DNA of 32,000 nucleotides, taken from positions 1,560,001-1,592,000 of the forward strand of contig NZ_CP042905.2 in the NCBI RefSeq assembly GCF_008000775.2. Direction: 5' to 3'. This DNA comes from Promethearchaeum syntrophicum. GTDB taxonomy: Archaea; Asgardarchaeota; Lokiarchaeia; Sigyniarchaeales; Promethearchaeaceae. A program made the position numbers and the translations under genes. The notes under the pieces were generated by a model that had not been told where the DNA came from, ran no database searches, and saw nothing but the letters and a program-made list of their open reading frames with translations. This document shows, piece by piece, positions 1 through 8,714 of the stretch (positions are counted from its first letter, which is position 1; the number at the start of each line of letters is the position of its first letter).

Positions 1-886
1 ATAATGGTAAATCTTCAGGTTTTGATGCCAACTTGATCTTATTGGGTAATGACTCAGCGACGCTTACTGCACTTCTCCGAGAATTACAAAAAACCAAAAC
101 TTGTCCTCCTTCTTTTACCATTTCGATTGTCAAATTGCTAACATCGTCCATTTTTGGTAAATAAGGGACTTTTCTTATAGATCCATCTTTGAATTCGATT
201 TTATTTTTTAAATAAAAGCCTTCCTTAAGCTTTACCGGTCGCCAATCGCTGGTTATTAATTTGGCTTTTAGCCATTCTGCTAATTCATTAGCATTCTTTA
301 TTGTGGCAGAAAGACCGACGATTTGGATATTTGGGTTTAAAGTCATCAAGCGGGTTAGAAGGAATTCCAATGTTATTCCTCGTGAATCATCATTTATTAA
401 ATGAATTTCATCACAAATGACCATCTGGATATTTTCTATTAATTTTGGATTTAAACGAATAAGGGAATCTGCTTTTTCATTCGTCAATATAATTAGATCG
501 TTGAAAAATACACGAAAATCACTTTGATCAACATCACTTGTTGAAATACCGACGCGAATTCCTAAGTCCCCCCAAGACTTTTTGAATTCCTTATGTTTCT
601 CGTTTGCTAATGCTTTTAAAGGGCACAGATATAAAATTTTCTTTCTTTTCTTTGGTTCGTTTTTAGATTCTTCAGACGCTTTAAGAAATTTCTGAAGTGC
701 AATAATTTCAGCAATGAGAGTTTTCCCAGATGCAGTGGGAATGCTCACAACTAAATTATTTCCCTCTAATCCCGGTTTGATTGCTTCCCATTGTGGAGGA
801 TAGAATTGAGTAATTTTTCTCTTTTTTAAAAGATTTATTATTTTAGTATGCAAGAATTGAGAATAATTCTCTTCAATTTCATTCAT
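1..886 (-). CDS. hel308: Hel308/Ski2-type ATP-dependent DNA helicase, N-terminal part (runs off left edge)
   Basis: Not in ORF track because it is truncated. Reverse-strand reading from ATG at 886: MNEIEENYSQFLHTKIINLLKKRKITQFYPPQWEAIKPGLEGNNLVVSIPTASGKTLIAEI...LCPLKALANEKHKEF...VGISTSDVD...ILTNEKADSLIR...ICDEIHLINDDSRGITLE...VGLSATIKNANELAEWL...SDWRPV. Motif I ASGKT, motif II DEIH and motif III SAT are all Hel308-like. Confidence 0.9.
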   Translation of the reverse strand, partial: MNEIEENYSQFLHTKIINLLKKRKITQFYPPQWEAIKPGLEGNNLVVSIPTASGKTLIAEIIALQKFLKASEESKNEPKKRKKILYLCPLKALANEKHKEFKKSWGDLGIRVGISTSDVDQSDFRVFFNDLIILTNEKADSLIRLNPKLIENIQMVICDEIHLINDDSRGITLEFLLTRLMTLNPNIQIVGLSATIKNANELAEWLKAKLITSDWRPVKLKEGFYLKNKIEFKDGSIRKVPYLPKMDDVSNLTIEMVKEGGQVLVFCNSRRSAVSVAESLPNKIKLASKPEDLPL

Positions 887-907
887 CCTAGATTATACTC
901 CCAGATC

Positions 908-3046
908 TTATTTGGGTTTTTTCGTTAATCTATATTCTCCAGGTTTCGGACAATAAAGTGTTCCTTCATTAGCCCACTCATTTAAGGCTTGTTGAACAAA
1001 TTCTTTAGTAATTCCTTGAAGGGTTGCAATTGGTTCATATATATCATCGAATACTAAAGGAGTGGTAGGATCTGCTAGAGTTAATTCTTTAATTTTTGAT
1101 AATATTTTATTGAATCGATCTTGTTTTGAATGAGTTCGCCCCGTCATCATTATATCGATATCATAAGTTTTTGTTTCTTCATCATAACCAATATCCTTCA
1201 TATAACGTTTTACTAATTCAATAACAGCATCTACATCTTCTTCAGTTACAACATCGCGTAAAGCCATTTTTGCATAGGCTTCACACATTCTAACAATCCC
1301 ATCAAGAGTTCGAGCAACAATACTTACCGCAGTTGAACCTTCTGGATTTGAATTACGCATTTCTACATAAAAATTACGGATCTTTTCTGCGGTTTTCTTT
1401 GTTAATTTTGGGAATGAATTATTTTTACAATAGCGGATATATTTCTTTAATAATTCCATTGGGATAAAATCCAAAGTAGCTTTCGGGGGTTTTCCTGATT
1501 CATCTTCCTCTAATGAAAAAGTATCATCATACCCTTGCATATGACTGGTCAATATATATTCTGCGATTATATCGTCCTCATGTTTATCTGGTTTATCTCG
1601 AATAACGAATATGAGATCAAACCGAGATAAAATTGGTGGACTCAGATTGATATTTTCGACTGCTGTCTCATATTCGTTCCAACGACCATGTTTAGGATTT
1701 GCAGCTGCTATGATTGCTGTTTTGGCTTGAAGTGTAGCTACAATGCCCCCCTTTGCTATGGAAATCGATTGTTGCTCCATTGCCTCGTGGATCGCTACTC
1801 TATCTGTTTTCCTCATCTTATCAAATTCATCAATACAGGCAATTCCTCCAGATGCTAAAACCAATGCTCCTGCTTCTAGCTGCATACCAGAATTATCATT
1901 TTCTCGTAAAACTGCTGCTGTTAATCCCGCTGCTGAGGAACCTTTTCCTGATGTATACACTGATCTCTTAGAAATCATAGAACAACTTTGAAGAATTTGC
2001 GATTTACCAGTCCCAGGATCGCCTAGGAATAAAACATGGATATCCCCTCGTAATTTACTCCCGTCCTTTTTCTTTTTTTGAATTCCTCCGAATAAGGACA
2101 TTGCGGCAGCCATTTTTAGTTGTTCTTGACCTAAAATTGTTCGAGCAATTGAACGTGCAATTTTTTTTTGAATTAACGGTTCCTGACTTAACGCAAAAAT
2201 TTGATCGATATCATCTTGGGTTAATTCAAGTTCTTCATCTTCTGAAGTCAATCCCTCAATGCTATTCGCGATAAGTTGAATCATAAATATAGTAGAAAGT
2301 CTACCTCTTCGATCTTCTTTTGGAATTGATTTTAAAATTCCCATTATTTTAATTCGTTCCCCCGGACGAACCGTATCGACTAAATCATGATATAATATCG
2401 CAGTAATCGTTTTCGGGATATCTCCAGATCTTAATTCTTCGGGGGATTCTTGAATGGTAATTAGCTGATAATCTATAAATTCCGATTCATCAGTAATTAC
2501 TCGAAAATTCCGATTATTTTTACAATTAGGATTGGTACATAAGTTAGGTGGAGTTAGTTTCTTGGTTGCTTGTTCTTCCTGCATAATATTGCCACAAAGA
2601 GGGCATTCGAATACTGCTTGAGTTATTTGAGGTCGAACATCAGAAGCGCGAATAATAATACCTTTTACATAAATTAATTTATCAATATGAACGGATCGAA
2701 TTTTTCTTAAATTAACATCATTAGAATTGTTAGCAGTGGCAATTCGTACCATATATTCTTCATTTGGGTTGAAAAGTCCTCCTGCATCAATCCTAATTAT
2801 ATTTTTAAATGCATCTACTGCATCGTGTAATGCTTGTTCTGGATGATTTTTTAAGTAATTTGCAAGCATTGGTTTGAAATTTAAAATATCTTCAAATAAA
2901 ACAGTAACAAAATTCTCAGATTTCGAATAAGCTTCACTTATTTTTTGTCTATATTTAAATATGTTTGGAGATTCTTCAAATTCTTTGAAAAATTCTTCAA
3001 AATCACTAATTGGGTTTGCTGGAAGCGAATCTGATTCAATTACCAT
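908..3046 (-). CDS. mcm: Minichromosome maintenance (MCM) replicative helicase
   Basis: 712 aa; zinc-binding CPLCGN..CTNPNCKN; Walker A GDPGTGKSQ; Walker B IACIDEFDKM; arginine finger PPILSRFDLIFV. Confidence 0.97.
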   Translation of the reverse strand: MVIESDSLPANPISDFEEFFKEFEESPNIFKYRQKISEAYSKSENFVTVLFEDILNFKPMLANYLKNHPEQALHDAVDAFKNIIRIDAGGLFNPNEEYMVRIATANNSNDVNLRKIRSVHIDKLIYVKGIIIRASDVRPQITQAVFECPLCGNIMQEEQATKKLTPPNLCTNPNCKNNRNFRVITDESEFIDYQLITIQESPEELRSGDIPKTITAILYHDLVDTVRPGERIKIMGILKSIPKEDRRGRLSTIFMIQLIANSIEGLTSEDEELELTQDDIDQIFALSQEPLIQKKIARSIARTILGQEQLKMAAAMSLFGGIQKKKKDGSKLRGDIHVLFLGDPGTGKSQILQSCSMISKRSVYTSGKGSSAAGLTAAVLRENDNSGMQLEAGALVLASGGIACIDEFDKMRKTDRVAIHEAMEQQSISIAKGGIVATLQAKTAIIAAANPKHGRWNEYETAVENINLSPPILSRFDLIFVIRDKPDKHEDDIIAEYILTSHMQGYDDTFSLEEDESGKPPKATLDFIPMELLKKYIRYCKNNSFPKLTKKTAEKIRNFYVEMRNSNPEGSTAVSIVARTLDGIVRMCEAYAKMALRDVVTEEDVDAVIELVKRYMKDIGYDEETKTYDIDIMMTGRTHSKQDRFNKILSKIKELTLADPTTPLVFDDIYEPIATLQGITKEFVQQALNEWANEGTLYCPKPGEYRLTKKPK

Positions 3047-3340
3047 TTTTTTTCATTAATTTCCAATGTTAATTTACGTTCTTCAATAGGTCGAATTTTT
3101 TCCGTTATTTAATTATTTTTGTCGTATGCTTAATAATCGATAATAACAGAATATTTGATTAACATTTATCTTGTTACGTTTTTGAATATGAGAGTCCTAC
3201 AATTTTTTAAATTATTTACTTGGAATATCCCCTCAAATTTTAATGAAAATAAAAATATGTAAAGATATGAAAATTTTTTTAGAATTCTGCATTTTAGAAA
3301 CTAATTTTCAATTTAATTTTAATTTTGAGGTATAATAGAA

Positions 3341-4360
3341 ATGTCAGATCCCAACACAAATCCCAGTTCAGACCAATCACAAGCACCTAAATCACCTAAG
3401 GAATCAAAACTTGATCAACAATTAAAAAAGCTCACATCCCGTAAATTTCGCATTCAGAATGACGCAATCAATGAACTTGGTAAAATTAAAGATCCACAAG
3501 CAAAAATTAAACTAACTGAAATTGCAAGATCAAAAGAATGGGATAGTCAACTTCGTGTTACAGCAATCAGCTCTCTTGGAAGAGGACAAAAAAATAAAAA
3601 TTTGATGGATTTATTAATTGCATTAGCAAACGATAAAACCAATGATCGCGAAATACGCAGGGCATGTATAACACTATTATCCAGATATAGAGATATAAAA
3701 ATATTAGATACTTTTAGTCAATCACTAGATGATGAGTATAGATTCATTCGCTTTTGGGCAATAAGAGGGCTGATAAAATTAAGGGATAAAAAAGCAACTC
3801 CCGCTCTTATAAAAGGTTTGGGGGATTCTGATGAAGAAATTAGGAAAGAAGTCAGATCTCATCTTGAGATGTTAGGGGATGAGGCTGTTCCTGATATGAT
3901 TACGGCATTCACAGAACATAATGATAAAAAATTCTTACGTTATGGTGTTGTAGGTATGTTAGGAAGACTTAATCATCCGAAAGTGCTTCAATTTTTATTA
4001 GAAAGATTAAATGATGAAGAAGATAGACTTGTCACTATTGCTCTCCGAGGCATAAGCAAACAAGTAAATCCTAAATCCATTGAACCATTATTAACCCTGT
4101 ATATTAGTAAAAAGGACAAAAGAAGATTAATTGAAGATGCATTATTCCGTATCGGTCAAAGTTATTCAAAACTACTGGTAGAAAAAATCATAGTTAAGTT
4201 GAAAAACCAAAATGAAGATATAGTTACATTGGTAACAAATTTATTTGGTAAGCTACCTGAATGCGTGAGTTATTTGAAGAATTACCTTAAGGATAGCGAA
4301 TTAAATGAAGAGTTAAAAACAACTATTAATTCAATCTTAACAAAATTTGAGAAAAAATAA
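3341..4360 (+). CDS. HEAT-repeat domain protein
   Basis: 339 aa of repeated ~30-aa helical units (e.g. LGDSDEEIRKEVRSHLEMLGDEAVPDMI, LNDEEDRLVTIALRGISKQ). Confidence 0.8.
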   Translation: MSDPNTNPSSDQSQAPKSPKESKLDQQLKKLTSRKFRIQNDAINELGKIKDPQAKIKLTEIARSKEWDSQLRVTAISSLGRGQKNKNLMDLLIALANDKTNDREIRRACITLLSRYRDIKILDTFSQSLDDEYRFIRFWAIRGLIKLRDKKATPALIKGLGDSDEEIRKEVRSHLEMLGDEAVPDMITAFTEHNDKKFLRYGVVGMLGRLNHPKVLQFLLERLNDEEDRLVTIALRGISKQVNPKSIEPLLTLYISKKDKRRLIEDALFRIGQSYSKLLVEKIIVKLKNQNEDIVTLVTNLFGKLPECVSYLKNYLKDSELNEELKTTINSILTKFEKK

Positions 4361-4405
4361 TGAGTGATTGAAAAAATTTTAACTCGATAAAACCTTATTA
4401 GAAAT

Positions 4406-5575
4406 GTGGTTAAAAAAAATTTAGTCATTTCTCCCACTGGTGAAAAGGAAAATTCTCCCAATATTGAGATTGAAATTGATGAAATTGAACTTTCAGATTC
4501 AATAGAAGCTATTCATTCTGAAGATATCATAAAAAAAGTCTTTTTGGCTCCTGCGGGATATCCTATCAAACCTTTTGATGTTCCCAATCCTATTCAAGTG
4601 AGTGTTACTGACGAAAATCTTTTTCAAGCATATGCAACAGAACAGTGGTTAGGATTATCAGTTAAATTAAATGATTATATTTTTGACCAACTCATTATTC
4701 CTGATTTTGCTTTTAAAATTAAAAAAATTCTCCCAAAGAAAACACATCGGATTGGGGCTGAGACAAAATTTATCCTGGTTCAACCCCCTATTCGCAAACC
4801 AAAATTCAAAAAAATCACTTTTAACGATATAATTGGAAATGGACAAGCAATCTCAAAAGCAAAAATTATTGTGGAATATTTAAAAAATCCAGAAATTTTC
4901 GGAGAATGGGCTCCAAAGAATATCCTCTTTCATGGTCCACCAGGTACTGGAAAAACCCTTACAGCTAAAGCAATAGCGTCTGCTGCAAAATGTGCTTTCT
5001 TTGCTAAGAAAGGAACATCACTTATCGGCAATCATGTTGGTGATGGTGCTTCGAAGATTCATTCTCTTTATAATGAAGCGAAATCCCATGCTCCTGCAAT
5101 AATTTTCATAGATGAACTAGATTCGGTAGGTTTAAGCCGTGCTTTCCAAAATGTTCGCGGAGATGTTATTGAGGTTGCAGCTTCTTTATTAGCAGAACTT
5201 GATGGATTAGAAACCAGTGAAGGAGTTATAACTATTGGTGCCACCAATACATTGAAATTACTGGATTCGGGTTTAAGAAGCAGATTTGAAGAAGAAATTG
5301 AATTTCCAATCCCGACTGTAGAAGAGAGAGTTGATCTATTAAAATTATTCAGTAAGAAAATACCGTTTGAAATTGAAATAGATTTCAAAATAATAGCAAA
5401 AAACACTGAAAATTGGTCAGGTAGAGCCCTCCATGAAAAACTGATTAAAATTGCGGTACATAAAGCTATTCAGCAAGATTTAAAAATTGTAACAACCGAT
5501 ATGCTTATGGAGATTATCAACCAAGGTAAAAACAATAAGAAAGAACAAAAACCACCATCTAATATATTTACATAA
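4406..5575 (+). CDS. AAA+ family ATPase (GTG start)
   Basis: 389 aa; Walker A FHGPPGTGKTLTAKAIA, Walker B IIFIDELDSVG, GATN sensor 1, SGLRSRFEEEIEF arginine finger region; starts 45 bp after the HEAT-repeat gene. Confidence 0.88.
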   Translation: MVKKNLVISPTGEKENSPNIEIEIDEIELSDSIEAIHSEDIIKKVFLAPAGYPIKPFDVPNPIQVSVTDENLFQAYATEQWLGLSVKLNDYIFDQLIIPDFAFKIKKILPKKTHRIGAETKFILVQPPIRKPKFKKITFNDIIGNGQAISKAKIIVEYLKNPEIFGEWAPKNILFHGPPGTGKTLTAKAIASAAKCAFFAKKGTSLIGNHVGDGASKIHSLYNEAKSHAPAIIFIDELDSVGLSRAFQNVRGDVIEVAASLLAELDGLETSEGVITIGATNTLKLLDSGLRSRFEEEIEFPIPTVEERVDLLKLFSKKIPFEIEIDFKIIAKNTENWSGRALHEKLIKIAVHKAIQQDLKIVTTDMLMEIINQGKNNKKEQKPPSNIFT

Positions 5576-5599
5576 TTTTTTTTAAAACTTCTAAAATCT

Positions 5600-5707
5600 G
5601 GGGCAGTAGTCTAGCTTGGTAAATTTTTCCCAATTTCGGGATATTTCCAAATTGATACTCGGCTGGGGGCCGAGTGGTCGAGTGTTCGAATCATTCCTGC
5701 CCCACCA
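5600..5707 (+). tRNA. tRNA-Pro(GGG) with encoded CCA and a predicted 31-nt intron at 5622..5652 in the D loop
   Basis: Acceptor GGGGCAG (5600-5606) pairs with CTGCCCC (5697-5703) followed by A-CCA; anticodon stem CTCGG/CCGAG around loop CTGGGGG (anticodon GGG); T arm GAGTG-TTCGAAT-CATTC. D arm GTCTAGCTTGGTA is interrupted before T-GATA. Removing 5622-5652 gives a 74-nt body. Confidence 0.9.
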
Positions 5708-5748
5708 TTCTTTATTTTGGTTTATTCTATTATATTTTCGTCTGTTAT

Positions 5749-5766
5749 TATATGCATAGGCATATA
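5749..5766. promoter_or_regulatory. Inverted repeat TATATGC-ATAG-GCATATA upstream of the vapB-like gene, possible TA operator
   Basis: Perfect 7-bp arms, ending 34 bp before the likely ATG at 5801; a second palindrome GTATATAC lies at 5781-5788. Confidence 0.4.
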
Positions 5767-5800
5767 TATACGTATTATTTGTATATACATTGATAATAAT

Positions 5801-6031
5801 ATGAGTTCAATTAGTGTTAGAATTAATTCAAAATTAAAAAAATTGATGGAATCTCATAAACACATCAATTGGAGTGAAATTATTCGCCAAGCAATTGCAA
5901 AAAAGCTCCAAAATGAGCAAAAAAAGAACATAGCTCGTGCAGTTTTAATAAATGAAAAAATTCGAAAAAAAGCTCCAGATAATTATGATAGCACTGAAAT
6001 TATTCGTAAATTTCGAGATGAACGTCATTAA
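5801..6031 (+). CDS. VapB-type ribbon-helix-helix antitoxin-like protein
   Basis: ORF in track starts at 5717, but ATG 5801 gives MSSISVRINSKLKKLMESHKHINWSEIIRQAIAKKLQ..., typical archaeal VapB N-terminus; immediately upstream of a PIN ORF. Confidence 0.75.
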   Translation: MSSISVRINSKLKKLMESHKHINWSEIIRQAIAKKLQNEQKKNIARAVLINEKIRKKAPDNYDSTEIIRKFRDERH

Positions 6032-6070
6032 ATAAAGGATATCTATTTTTAAAAATTATTTAAAGGATAT

Positions 6071-6514
6071 TTGGAAAACATGGTTAAAAATATTATAATT
6101 GATGCTAGTGTAATTGTGAAATGGTTCATTGATGAAAATGACTCTGATAAAGCGGAAATAATAAAAGAGCAATTTATAAATGAGAAAATTAACATAATTA
6201 TTCCCGCTCTACTTAACTTTGAGGTTCTCAGCGCGCTAAAGTATAGTAAATTGTTTAATTTAGAGGAATTAAATTCAGTAGGGGAATCGATAGAAAATTA
6301 CGGATTTAATATTATTATGATCAGAGATGAAATTAGAGAGAAAATGATTGAATTTGCGATTAATCATGATATTTCTATATATGATGCATCTTATCTTGCA
6401 TTAGCAGAGAAATTTAAAACACAATTGATTACTGCAGATGAAAAAATTATAAAGAAGTTACCTAAAAATCTCAAGTTGCTTATTTTAAATCTAAAAAATT
6501 ATAATAAAGATTAA
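6071..6514 (+). CDS. VapC-type PIN-domain ribonuclease toxin
   Basis: 147 aa; IIIDASVIVKWFIDE N-terminus, conserved acidic residues, ISIYDASYLALAEKF and LITADEKI motifs. The start may be at 6080 (MVKNIIID). Confidence 0.88.
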   Translation: MENMVKNIIIDASVIVKWFIDENDSDKAEIIKEQFINEKINIIIPALLNFEVLSALKYSKLFNLEELNSVGESIENYGFNIIMIRDEIREKMIEFAINHDISIYDASYLALAEKFKTQLITADEKIIKKLPKNLKLLILNLKNYNKD

Positions 6515-6515
6515 A

Positions 6516-7517
6516 TTATTTCAGAGGAATAAATTCATATAATTTATTAATTGATGGGGTAGGAGTTGAAGTTTTTTTAATTATCTCCTGAAATTCGTCT
6601 GCTATTTGCCTCATCTCATCGATAGCAGCCATTGCATGATCTCGAAGAGCTAATTCTCCTTTTTCCGATCCAAGGGCTTTTTTCAAGAAGAAAATTTGAA
6701 GGAATCTTGGATATCTGAATAATTTTTTTAAATTATCAGGATATATGGGAATATTTAGATTTTTTAAGACACAGAAACCCTCTTTAATTGCGCGAATTAC
6801 GAGTTTTATTCCATTTCTATCCTTTGCTAATTTATAGTTATCCCCTTTTGCATAAAATATTCCATTTGCCAATGGACTAACTAGAGCAATATGATATTTT
6901 AACCATGCATCTATATTATCTGTGAATACTACAGGGAATTTTGCAGCTTCAAATATTTTTTTTAACAATAATAAACGTGGAGTAATCTTTCCATTCATTT
7001 CCCCAAGTGTCATGTTACCTTTTTCTGAATGGATTGATTTGATCATTGGTCCTTCTCTTCTTCCACCGGCTGAAGGAAATCCTAATAAAATTCGTTCTTT
7101 ACGTATCAAATCTTGATAATTTTCAATCCCTGTGCCATTATTTCCCAGAAAAATGATATTTTCTGATTTATTTCGTTGTAAAATTGGTAGAATATCTAGA
7201 ACTTGATTTTTCCGCATGATTACGAAAATAAAATCATAAACATCATTCTCCTCTAAACTTTCTATTGCTGGAACATTAATTATTGTCTTTTTTTTCTGCA
7301 AATAATGGTTAATAACAATTCCATTCTTTTGGATGTCTTCTAAGCGTTTTCCACGAGCCAGAATATTGATCTCAACCTGAGTTTTATCTGTAATTTGAGA
7401 ATTATTTTCTTCACCATTTATGCATTCTTTAATGTTGTCCTTATATGAAAAGAGTTCTGACGCATATAAACTTCCAATTACCCCAGCACCATAAAATAAT
7501 ATTCTCATGTTTTTCAC
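6516..7517 (-). CDS. Ketopantoate reductase (ApbA/PanE)-like oxidoreductase
   Basis: 333 aa; MRILFYGAGVIGSLYA nucleotide-binding motif, FIFVIMRKNQ, FLGNNGTGIENY, and a KYHIALVSPLANGIFYA C-terminal half. Confidence 0.7.
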   Translation of the reverse strand: MKNMRILFYGAGVIGSLYASELFSYKDNIKECINGEENNSQITDKTQVEINILARGKRLEDIQKNGIVINHYLQKKKTIINVPAIESLEENDVYDFIFVIMRKNQVLDILPILQRNKSENIIFLGNNGTGIENYQDLIRKERILLGFPSAGGRREGPMIKSIHSEKGNMTLGEMNGKITPRLLLLKKIFEAAKFPVVFTDNIDAWLKYHIALVSPLANGIFYAKGDNYKLAKDRNGIKLVIRAIKEGFCVLKNLNIPIYPDNLKKLFRYPRFLQIFFLKKALGSEKGELALRDHAMAAIDEMRQIADEFQEIIKKTSTPTPSINKLYEFIPLK

Positions 7518-7635
7518 TTGTTATTTATAAATTTTGTAGACTATTACTATTTTTTTTTAGGCTCGTCTAATTAATAAATTTTTTGTCAAATGGAAAAAAA
7601 TTAGCTTATTTATCTACAAGGATTTAAGTATATAT

Positions 7636-8625
7636 ATGGAATCATACAACAAGAATTTCTCAGTAATAAAAATTACGATTGTCTTGTTAGTTGTATTACT
7701 TGCACTTTACATCTCAAGTATTTATTCCTATCTATTCTTTCATCTACTTGCAGAGATTATTAGTATTATCATTGGGGTTTCAATTTTTCTTTTCCTTTGG
7801 ATTAATCGATACACGATTAAGATTAATTTTTATATTATTCTTGGTGTGTCTTCATTTTTTATAAGTATTATCGATTTTTTTCATACCCTCTCATATAAAG
7901 GAATGGATATTTTTATTGGGTACGATGCCAATCTTCCAACACAATTATGGATAGTCGCAAGATATATTCAAGCCATTTCAGTCTTATTAGCAATAGCGTT
8001 ATCCAATAAAAAAATATCTTCATACTTACTTTTTCTAATATATAGTATAGTTACAATAACAGTTCTCAGTTTGATTTTTTTGACAGATATTTTTCCTGAT
8101 TGTTTTGTTGAAGAAACAGGGTTGACTTTGTTTAAAATAATTAGTGAATTTGTTATTGTTTTTATATTATTGGTCTCAATTTTCTTTCTTTTCAGGAATA
8201 AACGTGATTTTGACCCTCAAATAAAAGTTTTATTCTATTTCATCATCATATTTTTGATTTTAGCAGAGCTTTCGTTTACTCTTTATAAAAACGATGTGTA
8301 TGGCTTATTTAATATTATCGGGCATTACCTTAAGATTATCTCTAATTATCTACTTCTCATAGGCATTCTTGAAGTAGGTATAAAGCAACCTCATAAACTT
8401 CTTTATTTGCGTCTAAAAAATAGTGAAGAAGAATTACGAAAAGCATTGGATGAAGTACAAGAACTTAAAGGAATTATCCCAATATGTGCCTCTTGTAAAA
8501 AGATCAGAAGTATTGATGGTGAGTGGGAACAAATTGAGGATTATATAAGGGAATATTCCAAAGCGGAATTTTCTCACGGATTATGTCCAGATTGTTATAA
8601 GAAATCTCTTGATGAATTAGACTAA
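7636..8625 (+). CDS. Multi-TM MASE3-like sensory membrane protein with C-terminal CxxCKKIR...CPDC module
   Basis: N-terminal hydrophobic helices with MASE3-type sequence (IIDFFHTLSYKGM...GYDANLPTQLWIVARYIQA); tail IIPICASCKKIRSIDGEWEQIEDYIREYSKAEFSHGLCPDCYKK. Confidence 0.78.
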   Translation: MESYNKNFSVIKITIVLLVVLLALYISSIYSYLFFHLLAEIISIIIGVSIFLFLWINRYTIKINFYIILGVSSFFISIIDFFHTLSYKGMDIFIGYDANLPTQLWIVARYIQAISVLLAIALSNKKISSYLLFLIYSIVTITVLSLIFLTDIFPDCFVEETGLTLFKIISEFVIVFILLVSIFFLFRNKRDFDPQIKVLFYFIIIFLILAELSFTLYKNDVYGLFNIIGHYLKIISNYLLLIGILEVGIKQPHKLLYLRLKNSEEELRKALDEVQELKGIIPICASCKKIRSIDGEWEQIEDYIREYSKAEFSHGLCPDCYKKSLDELD

Positions 8626-8714
8626 TATTTGGAAATGATGAGAAAAATTAAAGAAAAATGCAAAACTTTGAATCTTAATCTTTTACAATTTCTGTAATTC
8701 GATTGTTGATTAGT

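Noticed and set aside
1743-1991. Plus-strand ORFs antisense to mcm (1743..1991 and 1753..1971)
   Set aside because: Fully inside the high-confidence MCM gene on the other strand, no recognisable domain; frame shadows.
5068-5406. Minus-strand 112-aa ORF antisense to the AAA+ ATPase
   Set aside because: Overlaps the conserved Walker B to arginine-finger region of the plus-strand gene; low-complexity Ser-rich translation.
6922-7116. Plus-strand ORF inside the PanE-like gene
   Set aside because: Antisense shadow ORF, no support.
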